DNA from: Centroscyllium fabricii
Taxonomy: Eukaryota
Length of the DNA stretch: 64,000 nt
Assembly (NCBI GenBank): GCA_051313645.2
Contig: JBNRSN020000009.1
Span: forward strand, 5,518,001-5,582,000
Direction: 5' to 3'
The number at the start of each line of letters is the position of its first letter. Position 1 is the stretch's first letter. Positions 46,710 to 59,732 of the stretch are shown here, piece by piece. Position numbers and translations under genes: made by a program. The notes beneath the pieces were generated by a model that saw only the letters and a list, made by a program, of their open reading frames with translations, searched no databases and was not told the origin of the DNA.

Positions 46710-49435
46710 CGAGGTTTCTTCCATGTAAAAGCTGGTGAGCGATCTGCACGGGACCTCCAGACCGCTGTGCAGCTTCGGGGCTACGTTGGTTGTAGGGCTG
46801 GTAGATGTTACAGAGATAGGGAGGGGCGAGGCCATGGATGGATTTGAACGTGATGAAAATTTTAAAGTTGAGGTGTTTGTGGACCGAGAGCCAATGTAGG
46901 TCAGTGAGTGCAGTGATTGATCCAATATTATTGTGAAGCTATGTGCAGCTTCCACTTTGACACTTGGAACAGTGGGCATACTTTCAAGCGATCGGTCTGT
47001 TTGATACCATTTGGGGAAACTTTTCACTGAATAAGCAGAATGGGGCAGCAGGTTTCTGTGTTGACGGTGCGAGACATCACCGAATCATGGAGTGCCAGGA
47101 TGTGGGTTCACTCCCATAGTTTTATTACGTGTTGGGGGTTTGGATGCCGGCTGGATGAAGCCCAGCTTTTCCTTGAAGTTGAATCCTCGCCACGCATCTC
47201 AGCAACAGGGTAGAAAGCAGCGTTCCCCCACGACTGAGAGCAGGATGTCTCGCTGCACTTGGCCAGGGACTTGTGTGTGACGCAGAGGGTTCTGATGTCT
47301 GAGGTTTTCCTGTTGGTTCCCACACCTGTCTGAAAGTAATCATGCTGTTGTGTTTCACAGTAGTATGTTGGTTTGAAACTCTTCACTTCTGTTGCCTCTT
47401 TTTGTAATTACCTGATACCCTTGCACTTTCTGTTTAACAGGGAAACACTTGCATTTAATTTGCATCTGATCACAATTGAGGGACATCTCAAAGTGCTTCA
47501 CGCACATTCCTTGGTTAACTTGGCAGTCATTTCACGCAAGCAAGATCCCACACACTGCAATCGGATAAATGATCCGTTAATCTGTTTTGGTGATGTTGGT
47601 TGAGGGATAAATATTGGTCCAGGACACCAGGAGAACTTCATCGCTTTTCTTATTTGAATAATGCCGTGGGAGTCTTTTAACACCTTTCATGGCCTCGGGA
47701 AGTCCCACAGCGCTTTGCGGCCACTGAAGTACTTTTTGAAGTGTAGTCACTGTTCCAATGTAGGAAACGCAACGGGCAGTTTGCACAAAGGTCCCAGAAA
47801 CAATGAGATACACGACCAAATAATTTAGTGATTTTAGTTGCGGGATGAATATTGGCTGGTACACTGGGGAGACCTCCTCTGCGCTTTGAAATAACGTATG
47901 TTGAACACCATGAGATGCTGTGCAGTTGCGGGCCTGTAATTGATTGACACTTGTATGAACAAGCTCACAATGTAAAAACCAGAAGGGCTGGGGCTTATAA
48001 CAGTCAGGTTCTAAAACCATCGTCCCTCTGTCTGTTGACCTTTCAGGTCATGTTCAACACCATTGATCATTAGTTCATTTTGCCATCCTGCAGTACTTCA
48101 AATGTTGCTGTGTCTCCACAGCTGTAACTCCCAGTCACTGCCAAGAAAAGGCAAACAAAGCTGCTGGCTTTCCTCAGCTTGTAAGCAAAAGCCTTCATTC
48201 TCTGGTCTAGTCTGATTTCTTGCAGGTTTTTAAGCCACTTTTTGGAAAGTGCACAGGGTTGGCAGCCCAGACTCCCTCGGAGTTTTTTTATTCTCGAGAT
48301 GTGGGTGACCCTAGCTAGGCCAGCATTTATTGCCCATCCCTAATTGCCCTCGAGAAGGTGGTGGTGAGCCACCTTCTTGAACCGCTGCAGTCCTTGTGGT
48401 GAAGATACTCCCACAGTGCTGTTAGGGAGGGAGTTCCAGGATTTTGACCCAGTGAGGATGAAGGATCGGCAATATACTTCCAAGTCAGGATGGTGTGTGA
48501 CCTGGAGAGGAACTTGGAGGTGGTGGTGTTCCCATGCACCTGCTGTCCTTGTCCTTCTAGGTGGAAGAGGTCGCGGGTTTGGAAGGTGCTGCCGAAGAAG
48601 CCTTGATGAGTTGCTGCAATGCATCTTGTAGATGGTACACACTGCAGCCATGGTACGCCGGTGGTGGAGGGAGTGAATGTTTAAGGTGGTGGATGGGGTG
48701 CTAATCAAGCGGATGTGTTATTTATCCTGTTCCAGATGGACCACCGATTTAATCCTCCACTGGTTCTATGGCCTGCATTTCACAAAGTTTAATTTCCACT
48801 TGTGGCGATCTGGAGGGACTGGGCTGTGGGAAGGTAGAGATGAGGCTTGCCGGCACTGGGGAGAAGGAGGGGAAGGGGGTGAGGAGTTGAGTGCGGTGGA
48901 GAGTCAGGCAGAGAGAAATAAGGCGGCTAAGTGGTGTTGCAGTTGTTGACTTGCTTCATTGTTACTGCTGATTATTATCAAACACCCCCTGTTCTCTGTA
49001 CATAACCATGTCTGCAGTTCACCTGAATGATATCCGGACTAAGAGGGTTAAATTACGAGGACAGGTTGCATAAACTTGGCTTGTATTCCCTTGAGTTTAG
49101 AAGGTTGAGAAGCGATCGGATCCAAGTGTTTAAAATGTAAAAAGGATTCGATAGTCGATACAGAGAAATATTTTGTTTTGATGGGGGAATCCAGAACGAG
49201 GGGACACAATCTTAAAATTAGAGCCAGGCCGTTCAGCAGCGAAATCAGGAAGCATTTTTTCACACAAAGGGTAGTAGAAATCCTGAACTTGCTACCCCAG
49301 AATGCTGTGGATGCTGGGGGACCATTGGAGCTTTTAAGACGGAGATTGATCGATTTTTGTTGGGTCAGGATATCAAGGGATATGGAACAAAAGCAGGTAA
49401 CTGGAGTTGGATGCATATTAGCCATGATCTGATTG

Positions 49436-49623
49436 GTCATAATGTGGAGGTGCCGGTGTTGGACTGGGGTGGACAAATGCAAGAAGTCACACAACACCAG
49501 ATTATAGTCCAACGGTTTTATTTTAAATCACAAGCTTTCGGAGCTTTTGCCCCTTCGTCAGGTGAAAGAGAGAAGGGGCAAAAGCTCCGAAAGCTTGTGA
49601 TTTAAAATAAAACCGTTGGACTA
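49436..49623 (-). mobile_element. Penelope-like fold-back insertion in a CR1 3' UTR
   Basis: TSD TGATTG at 49430-49435 and 49624-49629; same tail as the other copies; partial inverted arm. Confidence 0.85.
49528..49565 (-). ncRNA. Minimal type I hammerhead ribozyme
   Basis: TCAC-CTGACGA-A-GGGGC-AAAA-GCTCC-GAAA-GCTT-GTGA with perfect stem I TCAC/GTGA. Confidence 0.8.
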
Positions 49624-52417
49624 TGATTGAATGGTGAAGCAGACCCAAGGGGCTGAATGGCTGTTGTGTGGAAAAGGTGAACAATTTGTTACCTGATAGG
49701 CCCTCACAAGCTCTTCATTATTCAGTTAGGAGACTCAAAATTAGATTTCATTTCTATGCCAGTACCAACTTTTTTTAATAAAATAAATTATTCCGGATGA
49801 CGCTTTTGACTTTTCAAGCTCGTTAGCAGAACAAACATTGCCGTGAACACTTTTGGAAACTAAGAATTTAGTTTTTGTAGAGTGGAAGAGGTGAGTGTGA
49901 AAGGGTTGTGAGGTGAGGAGCTGGATCGTGAAGCACTAGACTCCCAAACCGGATGGCCATGTGGCTCCGCATCACCAGTCGATCAAATGGGGAGGCATCC
50001 CCTGTCCCTGCAGGACATCCCGTCAGCTGATTATGGGGTAGCTTTTGTGAGCAGCTGACGGTGGACGATGATCCAAATGGATTTGGCGATCCCTTAAGCT
50101 GTAAACTAGTGAAGCGTATTGCAGACAAAAGTTAACACTGCCCTGGGCCAAGGGCTGTGGGCAGGCTGCCAACCTACACTATAGTGCACTTGTGAAACCA
50201 AAGTGCCTACCGGTAAATATACACAGCCCTGATGTTTATAAAGGATGACACACTGCTACTATCCAGAACTCCTTTGTTACAGAGCATGTGGGTCCATAAC
50301 TGAGGTTTAATGGTACATTAAAAGTTAATTCTATGGGTGGGTACAAGGGGGTTGGGACAGTGGCGGAGTGCATACTGCGAATAGGCGTGGCAGCAGGAAT
50401 CCAGCGGCCTTGCAAACACTGATAAAGCTGGCAGTGTGGTCTGTCTCCTGAAATCAGCGATTAGGCAGGGGCTGCTTCTCTCTGAGACGTGACTCATGTT
50501 GTGTTGGGAGTGGCTTCTGCCCTTCCTGTTGTGCCCCAGTGCCATCAAATAGCTGCTGGAGTTCAGTGATTGGCAATTGGCAGAGGTCTGTAGTGCCGTG
50601 CAAGGTCATGGCCCGGTTACTGAGTGGATGTTTGGTAGGAGACGGTGAGCCTTCCTGTGTTGCTACGGTTACGAGTACATCTGCACTTTATGCGGACAGT
50701 CGACAATTTGAGGAAAGTGTCCGCACTTGCTGGAGGGAATTTCCCCCCCCCAGCCCCCACTTGATGCTGCCTTAAGGGTGCCAACCCTCCAGGATTGTCC
50801 TGGAGTCCAGGAATTGAAGATTCATCTCCAGGACACTCCTGCAAGCAACACCCGGGAATAAGCCCGTCGTACTTGCATTTTGTGCTTTGTCCTGTTTGGT
50901 TTATGTGGGCCTGGAGGCTTAGAAAAGGCTGTTCTCCACTCTCGTCGGGGGATAAACCCTAAATCAGATCGGCAAAACCTGTTGCCATCTGGAGAGCAAT
51001 GACAATGAGTGAGAATGTGGAATTCAGCCTTCGCTGAGCTTTCATGGTTTGAGACTCTGCGATCTGCACCTTCTTTATTCGGTCTCAGGCTGTGGGCACC
51101 GCTGACAGGAGGTTCTGGGGTGAAACCTCCTGGAATACCTTCGACCAGAGTCGGTGACTCACAGTGCGGCGAGGTCGGAAATACTGGCGATGGTTTTGCG
51201 GCAGCGTGAATTCCCCTCCACAGAAGGGTATTCCTGGGGCCGGGGCAGCAGGAGTGTCAGAGAGGAGACAGGAGGGGCAATGGATTCACTGAAGCTTGGT
51301 TCCTGGTCTCGGCTTTGCTGGAATCGCTAAGCACAGGCAGAATATTTTCAGAGAGCTGGTTTGTATAAATAATGGAAAGAAAAGGGGGGAAATCAACCAC
51401 CAATTGTGGGGGAGGAGTGTTCCATCATAAAATGGGGGGTGGTGGAGGAGTGTTCCATCATAAACTGGGGGGAGGAAATTAGCAGTATGCATTGTTGGGG
51501 GGCTGGTAAAGGTATATGCATGAATTCTAGTGAGGAGGGAAGGTATTAGCATGAACTGGGGTTCAGGGGAGTGCCAGTATGAAGTAGTTTTGAAATGTAT
51601 TCCCTGTTGCAATGTAGGCCAGAGTGTCTGGGGGTCAGACCACATCATTGACATTTTCCAATGAAGTGGCAATGCATACTGGCTGCGCAAGTAGCACTGG
51701 CAGCACGTGGCGCCTACATAAGAAGCAACATCCATGTGAAAATGGGAGTATGTTATGCTCGTGGAGAGGCATGGAATCAGTGCAGGAAATAGCCTTCGAT
51801 CTCTGCCTTCGGGCATCTCCACTGGTGTAGCCCTGAGCCGTAGGCCTGACCTTCAGGCCTAGGACGTGCTAATGCTGAGATTGAGAGATTTGTAACAGCG
51901 TTAGAGCTTTTTTTCATTGATGGGACCTGCATTTTCTTGGTGCTGAATAAACAGTTTCATTCTTAACCAAAGAAGTCGGTCATTGGGTTGTCAATAGCAG
52001 GGCACTGCCCAGGAAACCTGGAGCCTAGCCAGCTCAGTTCTATTATTTATACTTCCATTTCTTGCTTTGTCCTGTTTTTTGTGGGCCGGGAGGTTCAGAA
52101 AAGCTGGTTCTCTGTTCTCACTGGTGGATAAACCCTAAATCGAATCGCCAAGATCCATTGCTATCTGGAGAGAGATACCAATGAGTGAGGATGTGGCGCT
52201 CCGCCTTCGCTGAGTGTTCATGGTTTCTGAGACTCTGCGATCTGCATCTTCTTTATTCAGTCTCAGGATGTGGGAGTGACTGGCAAGACCGGCATTTATT
52301 GCCCATTCCTGGTTGCCCTTGGAAGGTAAGGTTTGAACCTTTGGCAGCGGTTTGATAGAACGGGGTGACTTGTTGGAGGCAGTTAAGAGTCAACCATGTT
52401 GATGTTCAAGTACTAAA

Positions 52418-55400
52418 TGTTGTATCGTGGGCTAATTATAAAGATCACACAGAGCCTCACAGGACGTCGACTGGTTTATTCAGCAGCAGCCATTACAAAG
52501 CACACGAAGATGCTGGGGTTACCTAGCATGCTTGGGATGGAACATTCCAACTGCCACAGCCCTTAAGGGGAGTGCAGACTATACCAATACATCACATCAC
52601 CTCCCTCCCCCCTTACAATCAATGTCCATAATTAACAATAACATTTACAATTAACAAAAGTAACATACCCAATTAACAAAACATTATTATGCATATATAC
52701 ATTATTGCCCGCACCTGGGGTGAGGGTACCCGACTTCCTCAGACCCCGGCAATACCCATGGGGATTATTCTGCCCGAGTTGTTTTGGATATGCCTCTACT
52801 AATAACTGTCGTTCAGGGGGCCGCCGCTGTCTAGCAGGATATCGGCGGTCAGTCGGAACATTGCCTTCGCTTGCTGGCGATGGTGAATCGGAACAAACTG
52901 GAGAGGCGACAGGAGGAAGGACGTCTTCCTCGGCTGGCAGGTCCGGAACCGCAGGGTCAGGCTGAGGCAACACTGGGGGCACTGCGAGGACTGGCCGACG
53001 GGTGGAGCATCACATTGAATTTCTGGGCGATTCTCGTAAGGTAGCCCTGAGGGCTTAACCGTGTGTAGCAATTGATCCACGTGCCGGCTCCAGACAGTAC
53101 CAGTAGTTGCCTGGACTGTATATGAAACTGGTCCCGTCTGAGCAACAATAGTGTCCGGAGTCCAGTTGGGCCCACTGACGTAACTTCGCACCAACATTGA
53201 TGCCCCTGGTGCGGAAGCTCTGGGCTTCGCATGCTGGTCTCTTCTAATAATTTGTGACTCCTGTTGCTGTTGCACAGTATCCCTCACTGATGGTGGCTTC
53301 AGGAGGTCAAAATGAGACCGCAACTCTCTTTTGAGTAATAGGCTAGCTGGTGATACTTTGGTCGTAGCATGGGCCGTATTACGGTAGGTCAGTAAGAACC
53401 TATGCAATCTTTGATGCAAGGTTCCTTGGCCTTGGGATGCTCTCAGGGCATGCTTCATTGTTTGCACAAACCTTTCAGCGAGGCCATTGGTTGCAGGATG
53501 ATATGGGGCGGACCTAATATGCTGCACTCCATTTACTTGCAAGAAGGCAGCCATCTCCTGCGACATGAACTGTGGGCCATTGTCAGATACAAGCTGGACG
53601 GGAGCTCCAAACCGACTGAACATTTCCCCCAACTTCTCAATGGTCCTTTCTGCCGTGGTGGAACGCATGATTGTCACTTCAGGCCATTTGCTGTGTGCAT
53701 CAACAGCGACAAGAAACATCCGTTCTTCAAACGGTCCTGCAAAATCAACATGGACCCTGTGCCATGGTTCTTCAGAGAAACTCCATGGGTGCAGAGGAGC
53801 CAACTGTGGATGGTTTCTAATCTTCTGGCATGAAGAGCATGTCTTCGCGATGCTCTCGATCTGACCATCCATGCCTGGCCACCAGAAATAGCTTCTTGCT
53901 ATTTCCTTCATTCGTACAATCCCGCTGTGCCCTGAGTGGAGTTGTTGCAACACTGGTTTGCGTAATGATGGTGGAATGACCACCCTCCTTCCCCATAGCA
54001 AACATCCCGACTGTACTGACAATTCCGTTTTCCTTGACAGGTAAGGCTGTAAGTTGCTGTCCCCGTTACCAATGGTGCCTTTTACAATGATCTCCAAAAC
54101 AGCCGATAAGATGGGATCGGTGCGCGTAGCACCTCGTACTTGAGAAGCTGAGACAGGAGCCTGGCTAAAATAAAAGACTTCTGCCTTATGGAATTCTGGT
54201 TTAATGACAGGAAGTGGCAATCTAGATAAACCATCGGCGTTGCAATGTGAGTCTGCTTTACGATATTTTATATCATAAGAACGAGCAGACAACAATAAAG
54301 CCCAACGTTGCAGACGACTTGCAGCAAGAGACGGTATCCCAGTGTGTGGACCCAGGATGGTTGTGAGAGGCCGGTGTTCTGTAAGAAGTGTGAACCTCCG
54401 CCCATATAAATACTGGTGAAATTTACGAACACCAAAGACGATACTTAAAGCTTCTCGCTTCAGTTGAGCATAGTTGGCCTCTGCTTTATTTAGTGTCCTT
54501 GACACAAAAGTGATAGGTCTTTCATCCCCATTCGACAGGACATGCGAAAGAACTGCACCCAACCCATATGGAGATGCATCACAGGCCAGTTGAAGAGGAA
54601 GGGAAGGGTCAAAATGAGTTAAGACATCTGAACGAACTAGCAGCTCTTTAGCCTTTTTAAAAGATTTTTGACAGGCAGTACTCCATTTCCATGTTCTGTC
54701 TTGACACAGCAATTCATGCAGTGGCTTCAACAACGATGCTAGATTTGGAATAAAACGACCATAATAATTAAGCAGACCTAGAAAAGAACGCAATTGACTG
54801 ACGTTCTGCGGTGGTGGCGCATCCACAATGGCTGTGGTTTTAGATGGGGCAGTATGCAACCCCTCGGCATCAATGACGTGCCCCAAGTACTCCACCGATG
54901 CTTTGAAAAATTCACACTTGTCTTAAACAGTATGGACTCAAGAGTTCGTAAAGATGGTTGAGCATCGCATCCAAATTACGAAGGTGCTGCTCATCAGTGA
55001 CTAGTACAAAGAATATCATCCAGGTAACACTGGACCCCGGACAGTCCACTAAGAATTTGATCCATGGCACATTGGAACAACGCTGGAGCTGAGGTAATAC
55101 CGAAAGGCAACCGACGATAACGAAAAAGACCTTTGTGCGTGGTAATGGTGAGCAATTCATGCGAGTCTTTGTGGACTTGCATCTGTAAATAAGCTTGACA
55201 TAGGTCTATTTTACTGAACTTTTGTCCCCCACTGAGTCCAGCAAACAAATCATCGATGTGGGGAAGTGGGTACTGTTCCGCACATAACACTGGGTTAAGT
55301 GTTACCTTGAAATCCCCACAGGTTCGGATGCCTCCATCTTTTTTTGGTACTGGAACTATTGGTGTAGCCCAATCACTAACAGTGACTGGCTTCAACACTC

Positions 55401-57547
55401 CATTTTCAACGAGAGCATCTAAATCAGCTTCTACTTTCGGTTTGATAGTGTATGGTACCGACCTGGCCTTCATGAACACCGGCCTGCTATCTGGCTTAAC
55501 ATGTAACTTGACTGTTATGCCCTTCATGCTTCCCACCTCATCTCTCAAAATCTCGCTGTGTTTCTCCAAAATGGCCTGCAGCTCTGTGGAGTGCTTTGAT
55601 ACTGCCAGTCCAGCTTTATCTTTTTCTGCCACGTGCGCCCCATACGTAACGTATAGTGGAAGTTTCGCGGTTCTGCCGCCATACTGAACTATGGCATCAG
55701 TCATCCCCTTCATGGGTACCGATTGCCCCATAAATGTTTTGAATGCCGTATCAGAGGGTCGCAGCTTTAGGTGCCTCAAGGATTTGTTAAAGACATTGGT
55801 CGAAATAATTGAGGCCCGTGACCCGGTATCAATCTGCATTCTAACTGCGTGTCCCTCTAGCTTGGGTGAGACCCAGTAACCATCCGAACCCTCATCTATG
55901 TTCGTATTCTAAGGGTGTTTACCAGCATTTCCTCCCGAGGAATCACTTGATTTGTTCTCTTGCTCCATTGCATGAACGTATTTCTTCGTCCTAGCCCCGT
56001 ACTTCGATGGGGTGCCCGTGCTTTTCTTACTGCGACATGCCCGCTCTATGTGGCCCTTTTTCCCGCAGCTGCGGCATTCCAAATCCCTGCACCAACAAGA
56101 AGGTGCCAGGTGTCCCTTTTGCCCACAACGGAAGCACTGACCTTGACTGCTCGGCCCTTGGCCACTTGGCTTATTACCGCCAACCTTATATACACGACTT
56201 GTCGTCGCCTGCAGCTGCTGAGCTTCCTTCGAAGCCATTTCCATGCCTACCACAATATTTAGGGCTTGCTCCCATGTTAAATCCTTCTCTGTTAATAATT
56301 TCTTCTGAGCGGCCTCGTTGCTTAACCCGCATACGAGCCGGTCTCTCAGTGTATCATTCAGTGATTGCCCAAAATTGCAATGCTCTGCGAGCTTCCGCAA
56401 CGCTGCTGCAAACTTTGTAACAGCCTCGCCGTCTTCTTGGCTGCGTCTGTGAAAACGAAACCGCTCCGCAATGACCAAAGGTCTGAGTGCGAAATGGTTG
56501 GCCAGTGTGTCCACAATTTTTTTTATACGCTTGGGTCCCCGGCCTGTCCGGCTGCAGCACATCGCGCAGCAGACCGTATGTTCTCTGGCCCATCACGCTC
56601 AAAAATGTGGAGGATATTCTCTCTTCCTTGATATCATTTGCTTTGACGAAACAGTCAAATCGCTCAGTATAACCAGACCACTGCTCCGTTCCTTCATCAT
56701 AGGGCCCAATAGCTCTGTAGACTGCAGCCATTGTTCAACCCTTATTTAAAAAAAAATTCTTTAACAACGCGATTGAGGAATGCACAGCCTTACTTGATGC
56801 GTGCTGAACACAAGATGGCGTCTCCGTGTCCTTTGTCGTTTTCCTCACGTTCTTTTCGCGCCCTTTTTTTTTTTTTTTAAACGGCTTCGCGTTCTGTTCG
56901 CGCCCTCTTTTTTTTCCAAACGGCTTCGCGCCCTTTTTCTTTTAAACGCTTAGCGTTCTTTTCTTGCACTTTTCTTTTAACGGCTTCTCTTACCTCCTTT
57001 TTGAGGTACCTGGTGGTCGACTCTGTCGTCCCCTTTTCTGGCACCGCCACGCCCGCTGTTTGGAGTGCTCCCAGCTCCTCCAACTTCCAGCGGTGGCAGG
57101 CCTCCTCCTCTGCTTGCTGTCCTCCAGCCCCCGTTCAGCCTCCTGTGTGCGCCCGTCGACCGCAGTTCCTCCTGCCGGTCCCGGTTCCGCTTTCGATCTG
57201 CAGCCGCCCTCACCAATTCCGGAACGTTGGACGTCCGATGTCCACTCCCGCTCTCGAGTGCGTCCTGCAGTTGAAGTCGCCGAGTTTTTTTTAAAAATTT
57301 ATTTTAAAAACTCGTCAATGAGTCTGTTTGACTCATCAATAGTAGATCCCATCCACCTCGTAGCCAATTTGTTGTATCGTGGGCTAATTCTAAAGATCAC
57401 ACAGAGCCTCACAGGACGTCGACTGGTTTATTCAGCAGCAGCCATTACAAAGCACACTAAGATGCTGGGGTTACCCAGCATGCCTTGGGTTGGAACATTC
57501 CAACTGCCACAGCCCTTAGGGAGTGCAGACTATACCAATACATCACA
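52418..57547 (-). mobile_element. Full-length Mag-clade Gypsy element, frameshifted
   Basis: LTRs 52418-52596 and 57370-57547; TSD CTAAA; PBS TGGCTACGAGG (tRNA-Ser-like); gag with two CCHC knuckles, QIDTGS, CYLDD, ACDAS and integrase SDNG across ORFs 52799-56731. Confidence 0.95.
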
Positions 57548-58019
57548 CTAAATAAAATCTAGACAGTGAAATGTTTACTGCGATCCGAACGAACCACGCA
57601 ACAAGGACTTTAAGCTGTCCAGCATGCACGAGTCCGCAAGACGTCAGCCATTCTCCGGCGCCATCATCGTGGGTCCCTCTCAGTTTCATGTTAATTGTCC
57701 TCTACCGCTCTGTTAACTTGCTCTGCCGCTGTTTCTTCCGTTGTTTCTCGTGACTTGACTCCTTTCGGCCTGACACCATGCCGGCTCCCCCGAATCCACG
57801 GAGTTCCGAACTCCAGGAGCAGCGTCCCAAGGCCTGGGGTCTTGCTCTCCTCCAGGCACCATCCCGGCATCCCCGAGCTCCGAACTCCGGGCCTGAGTGG
57901 GAGTGGGGTCACATGTAGGCCCAGACCGGGTAAGGACGGCAGATTTCTTTCCCGAAAGGACATCTGTGAGCCAGTTGGGTTTTTTTCTGTGACATTCCAA
58001 ATGGTCCCTTTTACTGATA

Positions 58020-58637
58020 CAGGTTGAGCACCGTTAATCGGGCAACTGAAAAGCCGGCAACTTCAGTCGTCCGGCACAGATCGCCCCGACTGCCCTGCGC
58101 ATGCGCAAAATGGCCGCCGCGATCGAGGCTTCGGCGAATGATCTGCGTATGCGCCGCTGAACGCAGAGTGCATGTGCAGTTCATTCGCCGCAGCCTTGAT
58201 CGTGGTGGCCATTTTGCGCATGCGCAGGGCAGTCGGGGCGAGCAGACAGACAGGAGAGGATGGGCGAGAGAGAGCAGCAGAGCCCAGTCCAGCTTTTGAT
58301 CCCGGCACATTCACACTCGCCGTCCCGATGGCTTCAGGAGACGTCGACCCCATGGGAGGCAGCAGCGGCTTCAACAGTGACTCGGACTCGGGAGGCCGAG
58401 TGCTCCGGCGCTCGGAGTCGCTGGGAGAGGAGGAGGAGAAGGAGGAGGCCTTCTCCGACCGTTCGGCGGCGCATGCGCAGATCATTCAAAAACTTCAGCG
58501 GCCATTTCCAATGTTATAGCACATGCGCGCGGCCATTTTGAATGGCATGCGCACTGGCCGGCTTCATTTTCCTGTTTTTTTCGGTATAACGGTGCAGGCC
58601 TAGTCCCGCCCGTGCCGGTATAACGGTGCACAACCTG
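58020..58637. mobile_element. Tc1/mariner MITE (CAGGTTG TIR family) with unique GC-rich cargo
   Basis: TA|CAGGTTGAGCACCGTTA ... TAACGGTGCACAACCTG|TA. Confidence 0.87.
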
Positions 58638-59013
58638 TACCAGCCTTTTATTCTCCGATTTATTTAAAAGTAAATTTAAATTCTCAAATGGCCATGGTGG
58701 GATTTGAACTCCATGTTCTCTGGGTTACTAGTCTGGTAACAGAACCACTACACTATAGTATTTGAGGTCTGCATATAAGCACATCAAAGCTTGGACACTC
58801 CTGCAGTAAACAACCAGAACAAACCCTATCTGAGCCCTGATCTGGTGTTCCATTCGTCCTGAACACTCCCGCTATTATCTAAAAGCTCTGAACGATTATT
58901 TTTTTCCTGTGCTATGCTGTCAGATACACTGTTTTTAAAAATAATCTAGCAGATCTCCCATGCTGCTACTCACCGTGAGCTGGAAGATGCCCTGTTTTGT
59001 AACGAGGGGGGTA

Positions 59014-59732
59014 CAGGTTGAACTTCGTTGATCCGGCACCCGAAAAACCGGCAGCTTCAGACGTCCGGCACAGATATCTCTGAGTGGTCGACTCATGCGC
59101 AGTGGTGCTCCTCACCGTCTGCAATCCCTGACTGGCCTGCGCATGCGCAGCGGCGCTCTTCGACGCTTCTTGCGCTTTACCAAAAACCCCGTACCTGACA
59201 TGAAGCTCGGGCCCCGTGAAGTGTTGGACCGGGCTCCCTCCCGGGCCTTTCCCGAATGCGCACTGGTCCCGACGGCGTGGCTTCAGCCGCTCCCGAACAT
59301 CCGGGGCTTGTCCCGACGGCGTGGCTTCAGCAGTTCCTGACCTTCTGTGGTGTGTCCACAACCATGCCTGACCTTCTGGGGCGTGTCCCCATCGAATGCT
59401 CCAATCCGCTGAGGCCTCACAGACTGCTTTACCGGCGAGCGACAGAGCTCCATCTTGCAGAATGCCCCCCCCCCTCTGCTCTGTTCCACCCGTGAGCCGC
59501 GGGGAGTTGTACAGCTCCACCCGGAAATTGCTCTGTGCTCTGCTTCCACCCGCGCGCTGTGGGCACCTGCACTGGTCTGCGCGTGCTGCAGCCATTTAGA
59601 ATGTTCTGCGCATGCGCGTGGCCATTTTGAATGGTCCGCGCATGTGCTCGGGACAGCTTAATTTGTTCGTTTTTTTCAGTATTCCGGCACGGGCTTGGTC
59701 CCGACCCTGCCGGATTAACGAAGTTCAACCTG
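59014..59732. mobile_element. Tc1/mariner MITE (CAGGTTG TIR family) with unique GC-rich cargo
   Basis: TA|CAGGTTGAACTTCGTTGATCCGGCA ... TGCCGGATTAACGAAGTTCAACCTG|TA. Confidence 0.88.

Noticed and set aside
51286-51822. 178-aa ORF as a gene
   Set aside because: Low complexity with an internal short duplication; at most a decayed transposon remnant.
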